Shown here piece by piece: positions 53,781 through 63,416 of a stretch of 64,000 nt of DNA. Both the position numbers and the translations under genes were made by a program. This stretch comes from an uncultured Aquimarina sp. GTDB taxonomy: Bacteria; Bacteroidota; Bacteroidia; Flavobacteriales; Flavobacteriaceae. How positions within the stretch are numbered: the first letter of the stretch is position 1; every line of letters starts with the position of its first letter. The DNA lies in contig NZ_CANMQT010000006.1 in the NCBI RefSeq assembly GCF_947500065.1, positions 60,215 to 124,214 on the forward strand, in the 5' to 3' direction. The notes under the pieces were generated by a model. That model ran no database searches. It worked only from the letters and a program-made list of their open reading frames with translations, and was not told where the DNA came from.

Positions 53781-54704
53781 ATGAAGAACATACTTGTTTT
53801 GTATTATAGTCAAAGTGGTCAATTAGGAGAAATTCTAACAAATTTAGTGAATCCACTTCTTGAAGATAGTAACTGCTTAGTTACTGTTCAGCAGATTGAG
53901 CCAGAAGAATCATATGAGTTTCCTTGGGATAAAAAAGATTTTTTACAGGTCTTCCCAGAATCTTATTTGCAAATCCCTAGACCTAACAAATCAATCCCTG
54001 ATGCTGTAAAAAATAAAAAGTATGATTTAATCATATTTGGTTATACAGTTTGGTATCTTTCACCATCAATACCCATTAATTCCTTTTTAAAAGGAGATGA
54101 TGCACAAGTATTACTAAAAAACACTCCAGTAATAACGGTTAATGGTTCTAGAAATATGTGGATCTTAACCCAAGAGAAAGTTAAAAGGTTGTTAGTAGAT
54201 TGTAAAGCCGAATTGGTTGGAAATATAGCTTTTGTAGATAGACATTGGAATCATATTAGTGTGATTACTATTGTACATTGGATGATGGGAGGAAAGAAAA
54301 CTAAATATCTAGGTGTTTTTCCGAAACCTGGAGTATCAGAAGAGGATATTAATGGGGCTGGAAAATTTGGGTTTATTATAAAAAAACATCTTTTTCAAGA
54401 AAATTTTAAACAATTACAAGAAGAGTTGGTAAAAGATGGAGCTGTTCAGATAAAACCTTTCTTAATAAGGTCAGATAAATCTGGAAATCATATCTTTAGT
54501 AAGTGGTCAGCACATATATATAAAGTAGGTCTGAAATCATCAAAAAGGAGAGCGAAATGGTTAAACTTTTTTGAGTATTATCTACAATTTGCTATTTGGG
54601 TTTTTGTACCTATAGTTTTTGTTATATTTTTGTTGACTTATTTGCCTTTCTATGCACGCATAAAAAAGGACATTAAATATTATCAATCAGTAAGATTAAG
54701 GTAG
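53781..54704 (+). CDS. darA: Dialkylresorcinol condensing enzyme DarA-like protein
   Basis: Flavodoxin-like N-terminus ILVLYYSQSGQLGEIL and a C-terminal TM segment. Lies immediately upstream of a KAS III-like gene, as in darAB loci. Confidence 0.6.
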   Translation: MKNILVLYYSQSGQLGEILTNLVNPLLEDSNCLVTVQQIEPEESYEFPWDKKDFLQVFPESYLQIPRPNKSIPDAVKNKKYDLIIFGYTVWYLSPSIPINSFLKGDDAQVLLKNTPVITVNGSRNMWILTQEKVKRLLVDCKAELVGNIAFVDRHWNHISVITIVHWMMGGKKTKYLGVFPKPGVSEEDINGAGKFGFIIKKHLFQENFKQLQEELVKDGAVQIKPFLIRSDKSGNHIFSKWSAHIYKVGLKSSKRRAKWLNFFEYYLQFAIWVFVPIVFVIFLLTYLPFYARIKKDIKYYQSVRLR

Positions 54705-54716
54705 GTTATCACTTTT

Positions 54717-55853
54717 ATGAAGAACGTTTATATAACAAAAACAGGGCATTTCTTGCCAAATGAGCCAGTTTCGAATGATGAAATGGAGAAGAGACTAGGT
54801 ATGATTGATGATCAACCTTCTCGGGCTAGAAGAATTGTTCTAAGAAACAATGGTATCAAAGAAAGGTATTATGCTGTTAGTGATAATGGCAGCATAACTC
54901 ATAATAATGCTCAGCTTACAAGAGAAACGATTAAAAGTTTATGTGATTCTGAATTTCCTGAAAGTGAAATAGAATTACTTTCTTGTGGGACATCCACTCC
55001 AGATAATTTATTGCCGTCTCACGCATCCATGGTACATGGATTGTTAGACACGAAAGATAGTATTGAGTTGAATACAGCTTCAGGAGTATGTTGTTCGGGA
55101 ATGAGTGCTTTAAAATATGGTTTCTTATCAGTTAAATCTGATAGTACTAAAAATGCCGTATGTACAGGAACGGAAAGAGTTTCTACCTGGATGCAGTCTA
55201 GAAAATTTGATAAAGAAGTAGAGAATTTGAAATCTTTAGAGGAGCAACCTATTATTGGTTTTAAGAAAGATTTTCTACGTTGGATGTTGTCTGATGGAGG
55301 AGGAGCATTTTTATTAGAAAGTGAACCGAAAGGAGAGAGCCCACTTAGGATTGATTGGATGCAAGCGTATTCATATGCCCATGAATTGGAATCTTGTATG
55401 TATGCAGGAGGAGATAAAAATGATGATGGAAGCCTTAAACCCTGGAGCGAATATGAACCCGAAGAATGGTTGTCAGAATCTGTTTTTTCGCTAAAACAAG
55501 ATGTCAAAATATTAGATAAGTACGTGGTGCCGAAAGCAGTTTTAAGTATGAAAGATGCTTTTCAGAAAAACAACCTAAATGAAGAAGAGGTGGATTATTT
55601 TTTACCACATATTTCTTCATTTTATTTTGAAGAAAGATTAAATGCCGAAATGAAGAATCAAGGAATTGCAATTCCTAAAAATAAATGGTTTACTAATCTG
55701 GAAAAAGTTGGTAATGTTGGTTCGGCATCTATTTATTTAATGATTAATGACCTTAAAAAATCAGGGAAATTAAAAAAAGGAGATAAAGTTTTGGCAATGG
55801 TACCGGAAAGTGGTCGTTTTACATATTTTCACATTTTATTTACTGTGTGTTAA
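54717..55853 (+). CDS. darB: KAS III-like ketosynthase, DarB-type dialkylresorcinol condensing enzyme
   Basis: FabH-like active-site Cys in ASGVCCSGMSALKYG. C-terminal GNVGSASIYLMI. Confidence 0.7.
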   Translation: MKNVYITKTGHFLPNEPVSNDEMEKRLGMIDDQPSRARRIVLRNNGIKERYYAVSDNGSITHNNAQLTRETIKSLCDSEFPESEIELLSCGTSTPDNLLPSHASMVHGLLDTKDSIELNTASGVCCSGMSALKYGFLSVKSDSTKNAVCTGTERVSTWMQSRKFDKEVENLKSLEEQPIIGFKKDFLRWMLSDGGGAFLLESEPKGESPLRIDWMQAYSYAHELESCMYAGGDKNDDGSLKPWSEYEPEEWLSESVFSLKQDVKILDKYVVPKAVLSMKDAFQKNNLNEEEVDYFLPHISSFYFEERLNAEMKNQGIAIPKNKWFTNLEKVGNVGSASIYLMINDLKKSGKLKKGDKVLAMVPESGRFTYFHILFTVC

Positions 55854-56308
55854 TGGATAATCAATTAGAAGATAAAATAACAGATATTGATTTCATAAAA
55901 AAGCTGATCCCTCAGAAGGATCCTTTTGTAATGATTGATAAATTGTTATACTTTGATTTAGATAAAGTTATTTCTGGATTGACAGTTACATCTGATAATA
56001 TACTTACTTCTGGTAATTATTTTACGGAAGGAGGCTTGGTAGAAAATATGGCACAGAGTATAGCCTTACATAGAGGATATAGAGGGTATATAAATAAAGG
56101 ATCAGAAGAAAAACCTAAAACTGGTTTTATTGGATCTATAAAACACGCTACAATACATATTTTACCAAAAGTGGGTACCGAGTTAATAACTACTGTGAAA
56201 ATCGTTGCAGAAATTATGATGGTGAGCTTAGTCGAAATAGAGGTGAAAGATGTAGAAGGAAACTTAATAGCGTCTTCAGAGATGAAAACGATTATCGTAG
56301 ATTCTTAA
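55853..56308 (+). CDS. FabZ/FabA-like hot-dog fold 3-hydroxyacyl-ACP dehydratase
   Basis: TAATG stop/start overlap with darB (an alternative GTG lies at 55847). Hot-dog motif region LVENMAQSIALHRGY. Confidence 0.6.
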   Translation: MDNQLEDKITDIDFIKKLIPQKDPFVMIDKLLYFDLDKVISGLTVTSDNILTSGNYFTEGGLVENMAQSIALHRGYRGYINKGSEEKPKTGFIGSIKHATIHILPKVGTELITTVKIVAEIMMVSLVEIEVKDVEGNLIASSEMKTIIVDS

Positions 56309-56342
56309 TTGTAATAAACCTTAAATTTTATTTTTTTAAAGT

Positions 56343-56744
56343 ATGAAGAAAGAAGACGTACCTCAGGATGAAAGTGGTCTTTCTAAAGCCAATATAAGAG
56401 AAGTTGTATATGCGGTTGATAAAGATGGAAAGTACGGTAAGGCATTAAGTTCTGGTTGGGAAGCAAAAACTATTGCGCTTAACGAATCTTTAGAATTAAT
56501 AGAAGAACAGCTTCAGGAAACTATTCAAAAAATAAAACAAGGAGAACTTAGTCCAATTGCTTATTATATGGAGTTACAGCGAATGGATGTTGTAGTCCTA
56601 TCAGGTTATGTAGGCTTATGGCAATGGAGAGTGAAAAGGCATTTAAAAGCTAAAACGTTTAAAAAACTAAGCGAAAAAATATTAAAGAAATACGCCGAAG
56701 CTTTCGAGATCTCTATAGAAGAACTTAAAAATCCAAAGATTTGA
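56343..56744 (+). CDS. Small conserved hypothetical protein with C-terminal XRE-like HTH
   Basis: 133 aa. The C-terminal half (LSGYVGLWQWRVKRHLKAKTFKKLSEKILKKYAEAFEISIEEL) has the spacing of an XRE-type helix-turn-helix. Confidence 0.4.
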   Translation: MKKEDVPQDESGLSKANIREVVYAVDKDGKYGKALSSGWEAKTIALNESLELIEEQLQETIQKIKQGELSPIAYYMELQRMDVVVLSGYVGLWQWRVKRHLKAKTFKKLSEKILKKYAEAFEISIEELKNPKI

Positions 56745-57739
56745 AAATAAACTTTGAACACAATCAATCTGCCCATTGCGAAAATGGAGTGGTTTCTAAT
56801 TTGTTGAATTATAACGGACTTAAAGTAAGCGAACCAATGGTTTTTGGTATCGCTTCTGGAGTTTTCTTTATATATATACCTTTTGTAAAGGTAAATTTCG
56901 CACCAATGTTTAGTTTTAGACCTGTTCCTGGATTTATTTTTTCTAGAGTAAGTAAAAGACTAGGTTTTAAAATTAGACGACATAAGTTTAAATCCACAGA
57001 GAAGGCGCAACAGACTTTAGATGCTGAACTAGCTAAAAATAACCCTGTAGGGTTACAAGTGGGGGTATATAACCTAACATATTTTCCTGATGAATATCGT
57101 TTTCATTTCAATGCTCATAATTTAGTTGTTTATGGAAAAGAAGGAGATGATTATCTAATAAGTGATCCTGTAATGCCTGATGTAACGACTTTGTCTTCTA
57201 AGGAATTAGAAAAAGTACGTTTCGCTAAAGGGCCTTTTGCTCCTAATGGTCATATTTATTATCCTACACAATTACCAAATGATATAGATCTAAAAAAAGC
57301 AATTACCAAAGGGATAAAACAAGCGTATAGGCATATGTTAGCACCTGTTCCTGTTGTTGGATTTAGAGGAATTAGGTATGTAGCAAAACGAATTCGTAAG
57401 TGGCCTGATAAGATTGGCGTAAAAAAGACAAATCACTACTTAGGTCAATTAGTTCGTATGCAAGAAGAAATAGGAACTGGTGGAGGAGGTTTTCGATTTA
57501 TTTTTGCGGCATTTTTACAAGAAGCTTCCGTAATTATGGAAAACCCCAGACTCGCTGAGTTGTCTAAAGAAATGACCGTAATCGGTGATCAATGGAGAGA
57601 TTTTGCAATAGATGCATCAAGACTTTATAAGAACAGAAGTAGAGAGACCGATGCTTATAATAAAATTGCAGATAAGTTAGATGCCATAGCTTTAGCAGAG
57701 AGAGATTTCTTCTTAGATCTTAAGAAAGCTGTTAAATAA
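56741..57739 (+). CDS. BtrH-N/DUF4872-like (papain-like Cys) protein
   Basis: TTG start overlaps the previous TGA by 4 nt. N-terminal SAHCENGVVSNLLNYNG is reminiscent of the BtrH N-terminal domain. The call comes from memory of flexirubin cluster content and is weak. Confidence 0.4.
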   Translation: MKINFEHNQSAHCENGVVSNLLNYNGLKVSEPMVFGIASGVFFIYIPFVKVNFAPMFSFRPVPGFIFSRVSKRLGFKIRRHKFKSTEKAQQTLDAELAKNNPVGLQVGVYNLTYFPDEYRFHFNAHNLVVYGKEGDDYLISDPVMPDVTTLSSKELEKVRFAKGPFAPNGHIYYPTQLPNDIDLKKAITKGIKQAYRHMLAPVPVVGFRGIRYVAKRIRKWPDKIGVKKTNHYLGQLVRMQEEIGTGGGGFRFIFAAFLQEASVIMENPRLAELSKEMTVIGDQWRDFAIDASRLYKNRSRETDAYNKIADKLDAIALAERDFFLDLKKAVK

Positions 57740-57746
57740 TTACGAG

Positions 57747-58505
57747 ATGGATAAGACTCCTCTGATTGAAATAAAAAGCATTTCTAAACAATACAAAGGA
57801 GCTACTTTTCTTTCTTTAGATACTATAAACTTGCAAATAAGCAAAGGAGAAATATATGGACTTCTTGGGCCTAATGGGGCTGGAAAAACTACACTTATAT
57901 CCATTTTATGTGGACTGATTAAGCCTACTTCTGGAGAGGTATTGGTTTCTGGAAAGAGTTTTAAAACACATGCTAAAGAAATTCAGAAAGCAATTGGGGT
58001 AGTGCCACAAGAATATGCTTTATATCCAAAACTTACCGCAAAAGAGAATTTATTATATTTCGGAAGTATGTTCGGAATGACAAAATCCGAACTAAAACCA
58101 ATTGTTTTATCGCACTTGGATCAATTAGGATTATTACCTTTTGCGGATAAAAAAATTAAAACATTTTCTGGGGGAATGAAAAGAAGAGTAAACCTTATAG
58201 CAGGAATACTTCATAATCCAGAACTATTGTTTTTAGATGAACCAACTGTAGGAGTGGATGTACAGTCAAAACAAGCAATTACTAAAAAGCTTAAAGAACT
58301 TAATGAGGCCGGCACTACTATAATCTATACGTCTCATCATCTTAGGGAAGCACAGGATTTATGTTCTTTGGTGGGAATTATTGATTCTGGTAAAATTATT
58401 GCTGAAAATACTCCTTCTAAGTTAATTTCAAATACTAAAGAAGCAAGAAATTTAGAAGATGTGTTTATAGAGCTTACAGGAAGAGAACTACGTGATTATG
58501 CATAG
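57747..58505 (+). CDS. ABC transporter ATP-binding protein
   Basis: Walker A GPNGAGKTT, signature FSGGMKRR, Walker B LLFLDEPT. Confidence 0.9.
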   Translation: MDKTPLIEIKSISKQYKGATFLSLDTINLQISKGEIYGLLGPNGAGKTTLISILCGLIKPTSGEVLVSGKSFKTHAKEIQKAIGVVPQEYALYPKLTAKENLLYFGSMFGMTKSELKPIVLSHLDQLGLLPFADKKIKTFSGGMKRRVNLIAGILHNPELLFLDEPTVGVDVQSKQAITKKLKELNEAGTTIIYTSHHLREAQDLCSLVGIIDSGKIIAENTPSKLISNTKEARNLEDVFIELTGRELRDYA

Positions 58506-59787
58506 ATTTTTAGCTTCCATAAAAAAAGAGTTTTTATTGCTTCTAAGGGATCCTGGAGGGTTGATTATTTTGTTTATAATGCCAATTGTGTTAGTAGTTG
58601 CAATTACATTGATTCAGGATGCCACCTTCAAATCAATTTCTAGCAATTCTATCGAAATTCTATTAGTAGATAAAGACAATGGAAAGTTATCGCAAGAAAT
58701 TCAAAAAAGTTTTTCTGAAATAGAATTTCTAGAGCCAATTTCAGAAGTAGATAATATTCCTTTAACAGAAGAGAAAGCGAGCCTTTTGGTTGCTTCTGGA
58801 GATTACCAGCTGGCAGTTGTGATTCCTGAGGGATTGAGTGATGGACTTCAGAAACAAATTGATAAAAATATAACTAAAATTCTTGAAGAATTTGAAGGTT
58901 CGGTAGATTCTTTAAAAGTAGAAAATGTTCAAGAGAAACTATCAGGTAAAGTAGTGAAGTTGTATTTTGACCCAATAACACAAGAAACCTTTAGGAGTTC
59001 TGTGATATTTGCAGTGGATAAATTGGTGGCAAGTATTGAAACTAAGTCGATTTACGAAGCTTTCGAAAAAGAGTTAGGAGAATCAGAAAGCCTTAAATCT
59101 TTTAATCGAGATAATTTTGTAAAGTATGAGCAAATTAATCCTTCTTTATCCGGTGAATCAATTCTTCCTAATTCAGTACAACACAATATTCCGGCTTGGA
59201 CGCTCTTTGCAATTTTCTTTATGATTTTACCATTATCATTGAATCTTGTTCATGAAAAAGGACAAGGTACATTTGTTCGTTTACAAACAACACCTATCAA
59301 TTATTCAACAATTATAGCGGGTAAAGCATTTTTATTTCTATTAGTTAGCTTATTGCAGTTTACCTTGATTTTGCTATTAGGGATTTATGTATTTCCAAAA
59401 TTAGGGTTACCAGTTTTAGACCTGGGTAATAATCTGGGATTGTTATATATTGTAGCCTTATCTTCGGGACTAGCTTCTATTGGCTTAGGAATTTTGTTAG
59501 GAACAGTGTTTAATTCACACGAACAAGCAGCTCCTTTTGGAGCCGTATTGGTAGTTTTGTTAGCGGCAATTGGAGGGGTTTGGGTACCTGTATTTGCAAT
59601 GCCTGATACAATGCAACTCATAGCAAAAGTTTCTCCCATGAACTGGGGGTTAGAAGCTTTTTATGATTGTTTTTTAAGAAAAGGTAGTTTGATAGATATT
59701 CTTCCCGAAATTGGTTTGCTTATTGGGTTTTTTATTAGTACTATCGTAATCGCTATATTATACTATGAAAAGAAAAAGGCGGTCTAA
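58498..59787 (+). CDS. ABC-2 type transporter permease
   Basis: The ATG at 58498 overlaps the ATPase stop (an alternative GTG lies at 58492). One N-terminal TM segment, a large loop, then five C-terminal hydrophobic segments. Confidence 0.8.
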   Translation: MHRFLASIKKEFLLLLRDPGGLIILFIMPIVLVVAITLIQDATFKSISSNSIEILLVDKDNGKLSQEIQKSFSEIEFLEPISEVDNIPLTEEKASLLVASGDYQLAVVIPEGLSDGLQKQIDKNITKILEEFEGSVDSLKVENVQEKLSGKVVKLYFDPITQETFRSSVIFAVDKLVASIETKSIYEAFEKELGESESLKSFNRDNFVKYEQINPSLSGESILPNSVQHNIPAWTLFAIFFMILPLSLNLVHEKGQGTFVRLQTTPINYSTIIAGKAFLFLLVSLLQFTLILLLGIYVFPKLGLPVLDLGNNLGLLYIVALSSGLASIGLGILLGTVFNSHEQAAPFGAVLVVLLAAIGGVWVPVFAMPDTMQLIAKVSPMNWGLEAFYDCFLRKGSLIDILPEIGLLIGFFISTIVIAILYYEKKKAV

Positions 59788-60211
59788 AGAAATTATAACA
59801 GACATCAAACATGTTCACGAGGTGAGAGTCAGATTTAACGATTGTGATCCTTTAAGTATTGTTTGGCACGGTATATATATAACTTATTTCGAAGAAGGAA
59901 GAGAGGCCTTTGGTCGAAGCCATGGGATTTCTTATCTCCATGTGAAAGATAATGATTACGTAACACCGATCGTTAATTCTAATTGTGATCATAAGTTACC
60001 GCTTAAATATGGTGATATTGCAACAGTAGAAACAGTGTATGTAGATAGTCCCGCTGCGAAAATGATTTTTAGATATAATGTATATAATCAAAATAAAGAA
60101 TTAGTTTGTGTAGGTGAGACTACACAGGTGTTTTTAGATATGGATGGTAATATGTCTCTAAGTATTCCGGAGTTCTTTCTGGATTGGAAACGTAAAGTAG
60201 GACTACTATGA
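59765..60211 (+). CDS. 4HBT/YbgC-like hot-dog acyl-CoA/ACP thioesterase
   Basis: VRVRFNDCDPLSIVWHGIYITYFEEGR motif. Overlaps the permease gene by 23 nt. Confidence 0.7.
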   Translation: MKRKRRSKEIITDIKHVHEVRVRFNDCDPLSIVWHGIYITYFEEGREAFGRSHGISYLHVKDNDYVTPIVNSNCDHKLPLKYGDIATVETVYVDSPAAKMIFRYNVYNQNKELVCVGETTQVFLDMDGNMSLSIPEFFLDWKRKVGLL

Positions 60212-61347
60212 AAAAAGTCTATTTAGTTGCGGATAATATAATTTCTCCTATTGGATTTTCTACTGAAGAAAATATAGAAAACCTTCGATTAAACCAGACT
60301 GGAATCAAAAAAGTAGATGATGATTATATCTGGTCAGAACCATTTTTTGGTGCAGTGGTTAATAATGATAAGCTTTCTAAAGCTTGGGAATCGATTTCGA
60401 GTGATTTAGGATATACAAAGTTAGAAAAGATGATGTTACTATCTGTTTCTAAGATGATAGTCGAGAACCCTTCTTTGGATATAGTTAAATGCGGAATTGT
60501 TGTTTCTACTACAAAAGGAAATATAAATAACCTGAAAGGTGGTTTAGATAAAAAAGCCTATCTAAGCAGTATTTCCGAAACGATACAAAACTATTTTAAA
60601 TTAGACCATACACCTATTGTATTATCCAATGCTTGTATTTCTGGAGGATTGGCTTTGGCAGTTGGAAAACGAATGATTCAGTCTGAGCTTTTTGAAGATG
60701 TAGTGGTGATAGGAGGTGATTTGCTTTCTGAGTTTACACTTTCTGGGTTCTTTTCGTTTCAAGCGGTAAGTAATGAGCCTTGTAAGCCTTTTTGTAAAAA
60801 TAGAACGGGTATTAGTTTAGGAGAAGCAGCCGCTAGTGCTTGGTTAAGTTCTAAAAAAGATACTACTAAAAAAGAAATAATCGAGATTACAGGAGATGCG
60901 TCAGCTAACGATGCTAATCATATTTCCGGACCTTCACGAACAGGAGAAGGATTGTATATAAGTATAGCAAAAGCATTAAAAGAAGCTGGGTTAGATAGTA
61001 CTCAGGTTGATTATATTACCGCGCATGGAACTGCTACTCCTTTTAATGACGAAATGGAAGCTATTGCTTTTAATAGAGCTGGGCTACAAAATGTTCCGTT
61101 AAATAGTCTAAAAGGATATTATGGGCATACTCTGGGAGCTTCTGCTTTAATAGAAAGTATTGTGGCAAGACATTGCTTGATTAATAATGAGGTATTCACA
61201 TCTCTAGGCTTCGAAGAATTAGGAGTATCTCAGTCGATCAATGTAATTACTAAGAATGAGAAAAAAGAATTGAATAGGGTTCTGAAAACAGCTTCTGGTT
61301 TTGGAGGGTGTAATGTGGCATTGATTATTGAAAAAGTTGCATCGTGA
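60208..61347 (+). CDS. Beta-ketoacyl synthase (aryl-polyene type KS)
   Basis: ATGA overlap with the previous gene. Triad motifs: LSNACISGG, TAHGTATPFND, GYYGHTLGASA. C-terminal GFGGCNVALII. Confidence 0.8.
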   Translation: MKKVYLVADNIISPIGFSTEENIENLRLNQTGIKKVDDDYIWSEPFFGAVVNNDKLSKAWESISSDLGYTKLEKMMLLSVSKMIVENPSLDIVKCGIVVSTTKGNINNLKGGLDKKAYLSSISETIQNYFKLDHTPIVLSNACISGGLALAVGKRMIQSELFEDVVVIGGDLLSEFTLSGFFSFQAVSNEPCKPFCKNRTGISLGEAAASAWLSSKKDTTKKEIIEITGDASANDANHISGPSRTGEGLYISIAKALKEAGLDSTQVDYITAHGTATPFNDEMEAIAFNRAGLQNVPLNSLKGYYGHTLGASALIESIVARHCLINNEVFTSLGFEELGVSQSINVITKNEKKELNRVLKTASGFGGCNVALIIEKVAS

Positions 61348-61958
61348 TTAAAGAAAAATATTACATATCAGGTTTTTGTTCCATTAAAGAAAAGAAGGTT
61401 TTTAAAAATGGGAATCAATTATATGTCGATTCAGAATCTGATAATCTAAAAGATTTTGCAAAAGGAATTTATAAGTACTTGGAATTAAAATACCCGAAAT
61501 TTCACAAAATGGATGAATTGTGTAAATTGGGTTTTTTAGCTTCAGAAGTGTTGATAAAGGACATGAAAGAAGTGGATCAAGATACTGCGCTGGTATTATC
61601 AAATAAATCATCAAGTCTTGATACGGATAGAAAACATCAAGAAAGTATTCAAGATAGGGAAGATTTTTACCCATCTCCGGCAGTGTTTGTATATACGCTT
61701 CCTAATATAATTATGGGGGAGATAAGTATTAAAAATAAACTGAAAAGTGAGAATGCCTTTTTTGTTACCGAAAGTTTTGATGCAGAGTTTGTGTCAAGGT
61801 ATTCTGAAATTTTAATAAATACAGGAAAAGCAAGTAATGTTATTTGTGGTTGGGTAGATTTGGATAATGACAAATATGACGTATTTTTGGCTTTTCTTTC
61901 GAAAAAGGGCAAAATAGAGCTAACAAAAGAAGAATTAAATAATTTATACAATCAATAG
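61344..61958 (+). CDS. Hypothetical protein, KS-associated (short KS N-terminal-like partner seen in aryl-polyene clusters)
   Basis: GTGA overlap with the upstream KS. 204 aa with no catalytic Cys motif. Segment PAVFVYTLPNIIMGEISIKN. Confidence 0.4.
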   Translation: MIKEKYYISGFCSIKEKKVFKNGNQLYVDSESDNLKDFAKGIYKYLELKYPKFHKMDELCKLGFLASEVLIKDMKEVDQDTALVLSNKSSSLDTDRKHQESIQDREDFYPSPAVFVYTLPNIIMGEISIKNKLKSENAFFVTESFDAEFVSRYSEILINTGKASNVICGWVDLDNDKYDVFLAFLSKKGKIELTKEELNNLYNQ

Positions 61959-61960
61959 TT

Positions 61961-62218
61961 ATGGCTGAATTAAGAGAAGAGCTAAAAGAAAAATTAATAG
62001 AGCAACTAAGTCTTGAAGATGTAGAAGTAAGTGAAATAGGAGATAATGATCCTCTTTTTGGTGATGGTTTGGGGTTAGATTCTATTGATGCTCTTGAGTT
62101 AATTGTATTATTAGAAAAAGACTATGGAATTAAGTTAAAAGATCCTAAGGAAGGTAAAGCTATATTTGAGTCTATTAGTGTTATGGCAGATTATATTTCA
62201 AAACATCGTACAAAATAA
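61961..62218 (+). CDS. Acyl carrier protein (second ACP)
   Basis: 85 aa with the site GLGLDSIDALELIVLLE. Confidence 0.8.
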   Translation: MAELREELKEKLIEQLSLEDVEVSEIGDNDPLFGDGLGLDSIDALELIVLLEKDYGIKLKDPKEGKAIFESISVMADYISKHRTK

Positions 62219-62219
62219 T

Positions 62220-63416
62220 ATGAATAAAGGCATTGCCATTACTGGTATGGGAATAATTTCTTCTATCGGGAATACGGTGGAGGAAAATTTTGATGCTTTA
62301 AAGTCAGTATCTCATGGAATTTCCAGAATTGAGATGTTGAAAACTCGTCATAGCGAAGAAATCATGGTTGGTGAGATTAAGAAAACCAATAATGATTTGG
62401 AAAAAGTATTGGGTTTAAAACCTTTGCATACTTTTTCTAGAACTGCTATGATTGGAACTATTGCGGCAAAGGAAGCATTACAAAATGCTCAGATTTCTGA
62501 TGTAAATGAATATAGAACTGGTTTTGTTTCAGGTACCAGTGTAGGTGGAATGGATACTACAGAAAAGTATTACCTTGAGTATGCCGAAAGAGAAGAAAAT
62601 AGAAGGTTTATTCAGGCGCAACATGCTGGGTTTACTACACTGTCTATTTCTAATTATTTAGGGATTAATGGATACGTTTCTACAATAAGTACAGCGTGTT
62701 CTTCTGCAGCAAATGCAATAATGCTCGGAGCTCGTATGATTCAAGCAGGTAAAATTGATAGAATGGTTGTTGGAGGGACAGATGCGTTATCTAAGTTTAC
62801 TATAAATGGATTTGGGACTTTAATGATTTTATCGGATGCTGAGTGTACTCCTTTTGATGATAACAGAAAAGGATTAAATCTAGGAGAAGCTGCTGCGTAT
62901 TTAGTACTGGAGAGCGATGCTATTGTGAAGAAAGAAAATAAAAAAGTGTTGGGCCGGGTTGCCGGTTGGGCAAATGCAAATGATGCGTATCATCAAACAG
63001 CCTCATCATCTGATGGTGAAGGAGCATATCTAGCTATGAGAAAAGCACTGAAGGTTGCCGATATGACTGCAAAAAATATAGATTATGTAAACGCTCACGG
63101 AACTGCAACGCCTAATAATGATTTGTCTGAAGGTGTCGCTATGACTAGAATTTTTGGAGAAGAGAATACTCCGGTTTTTAGTTCAACGAAAGCATTTACA
63201 GGACATACTTTAGCTGCAGCAGGTTCAGTAGAAGCGGTATATTCACTTTTGTCCCTTCGGGAAAATTTAATTTTTCCGAACCTGAATTTCAAAACTAAAA
63301 TGAAAGAGTTTTCTTTAGTGCCACAAACTGAATTGGTTGCCAAAGAAGTAAATACTATTTTATCAAATTCTTTTGGTTTTGGAGGCAATTGTTCCACTTT
63401 AATCTTTACAAAATAA
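62220..63416 (+). CDS. Beta-ketoacyl-ACP synthase II-like KS
   Basis: ATG at 62220 lies right after the ACP stop; the track start at 62166 overlaps the ACP. Triad motifs: ISTACSSAANA, NAHGTATPNND, AFTGHTLAAAG. Confidence 0.85.
   Translation: MNKGIAITGMGIISSIGNTVEENFDALKSVSHGISRIEMLKTRHSEEIMVGEIKKTNNDLEKVLGLKPLHTFSRTAMIGTIAAKEALQNAQISDVNEYRTGFVSGTSVGGMDTTEKYYLEYAEREENRRFIQAQHAGFTTLSISNYLGINGYVSTISTACSSAANAIMLGARMIQAGKIDRMVVGGTDALSKFTINGFGTLMILSDAECTPFDDNRKGLNLGEAAAYLVLESDAIVKKENKKVLGRVAGWANANDAYHQTASSSDGEGAYLAMRKALKVADMTAKNIDYVNAHGTATPNNDLSEGVAMTRIFGEENTPVFSSTKAFTGHTLAAAGSVEAVYSLLSLRENLIFPNLNFKTKMKEFSLVPQTELVAKEVNTILSNSFGFGGNCSTLIFTK

Noticed and set aside
61344-61958. The 204-aa ORF considered as a truncated KS pseudogene.
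   Set aside because: The frame is intact and it is stop/start coupled on both sides (GTGA overlap upstream, ACP start 3 nt downstream). It looks like a maintained gene rather than a fragment.
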